Shown here piece after piece: positions 40,466 through 40,908 of a stretch of DNA of 40,908 nucleotides. The notes beneath the pieces were generated by a model that was not told the DNA's origin, did not search any database, and saw only the letters and a list, made by a program, of their open reading frames with translations. Made by a program: the position numbers and the translations under genes. How positions within the stretch are numbered: position 1 is the stretch's first letter; each line of letters starts with the position of its first letter. Source of the DNA: a virus. The stretch lies in the UHGV virus genome UHGV-0188503; one strand, given 5' to 3'.

Positions 40466-40908
40466 TTAACTGCCCCCTTTCTCCTGCCGGTATGTCTGCT
40501 TAACTGCTGCGTCAAAAAATTCGGCTGCGTCAAAGCTGGATTTAGATATATTCGGCGTTTCGGCTTTTTTGAATTTAACCCGGTGCATCCAAAGCGACAC
40601 CGTCTTTTTCCAGTATGTCCACTTTTCGCGCGTGTCGTTGTAATCAAAAAACGCTTCCGCTTCTCCGTTCGGATCTTCGGCTCCGCGGCGTTCAAATTCA
40701 GCGCGGACTTCTTCAAAGCTTGGCCTTCCGGCCGCGCTTTCTTCCGGGTTTTTCGCCGGTTGTCCCTCATCTACGCGCGTACACGCGCAGTTTTGGTGTG
40801 TGTGTTTAGAATTTTTGTTTTCGTTCTTTTCTTCTTTACTTTTTGGTTCTTTTTCTTTTCTTTTTTCTTCTTTTGTTTTTAGCGTTACATTTAGCGTTAC
40901 ATTTTGCG
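40466..40908 (-). CDS. Replication initiator, 3' part (begins at 253; total 231 aa)
   Basis: Frame continuous across the junction (codon 40907-40908+1); Lys-rich linker, RPSFEEV..AEAFFDYN..W..W, SSFDAAEFF; stop at 40466-40468. Confidence 0.8.
   Translation of the reverse strand, partial: QNVTLNVTLKTKEEKRKEKEPKSKEEKNENKNSKHTHQNCACTRVDEGQPAKNPEESAAGRPSFEEVRAEFERRGAEDPNGEAEAFFDYNDTREKWTYWKKTVSLWMHRVKFKKAETPNISKSSFDAAEFFDAAVKQTYRQEKGGS
40800..40908. repeat. GCGTTACA iterons (right part) and adjacent T-rich tract
   Basis: Copies at 40882, 40894, 40906; T-rich stretch 40800-40880 is a plausible unwinding element. Confidence 0.75.

Larger units (their letters stand above)
1..40908. mobile_element. 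Complete circular temperate phage genome (podovirus-like, Firmicutes host)
   Basis: Full set of integrase, repressor, replication, packaging, capsid and tail genes. Ends join in frame within the initiator ORF. attP is intact and no host genes are seen. Confidence 0.9.

Noticed and set aside
40219..40770. 183-aa minus-strand ORF from the track
   Set aside because: Alternative frame overlapping the initiator C-terminus and the Cys-rich gene, both better supported.

Overview
The window looks like the complete circular (excised) genome of a ~40.9 kb temperate podovirus-like phage of a Firmicutes host, probably Clostridia (host is inferred). The two ends join in frame inside the replication-initiator gene and its GCGTTACA iterons, and an intact attP (3' end of a tRNA, probably tRNA-Leu) follows the tyrosine integrase. 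Most genes are on the minus strand: early and replication genes (Cro-like HTH, RecE-like nuclease, SSB, initiator, DUF1064 nuclease, DNA methyltransferase, radical SAM), packaging and head genes (TerS, TerL, portal, a phage-encoded Prp protease, scaffold, N4-gp56-type capsid), short-tail and ejection genes including a 2933-aa polyvalent protein, tail fibres, three membrane proteins and a five-gene module of unknown function. No endolysin is recognisable. The most striking observations are: (1) two ~70-nt hairpin RNA transcription units (sigma70 promoter, long stem, U-tract) nested antisense at the C-terminal end of each MuF-C-like domain of the polyvalent protein; (2) three homologous promoter/operator/repressor units stacked in tandem, followed by a 36-aa convergent peptide and a membrane-anchored HTH; (3) a candidate acr-aca-like operon; (4) a 13-bp late-promoter motif; (5) a duplicated tail-gene junction. 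All family assignments come from motif recognition by eye; no database searches were run.
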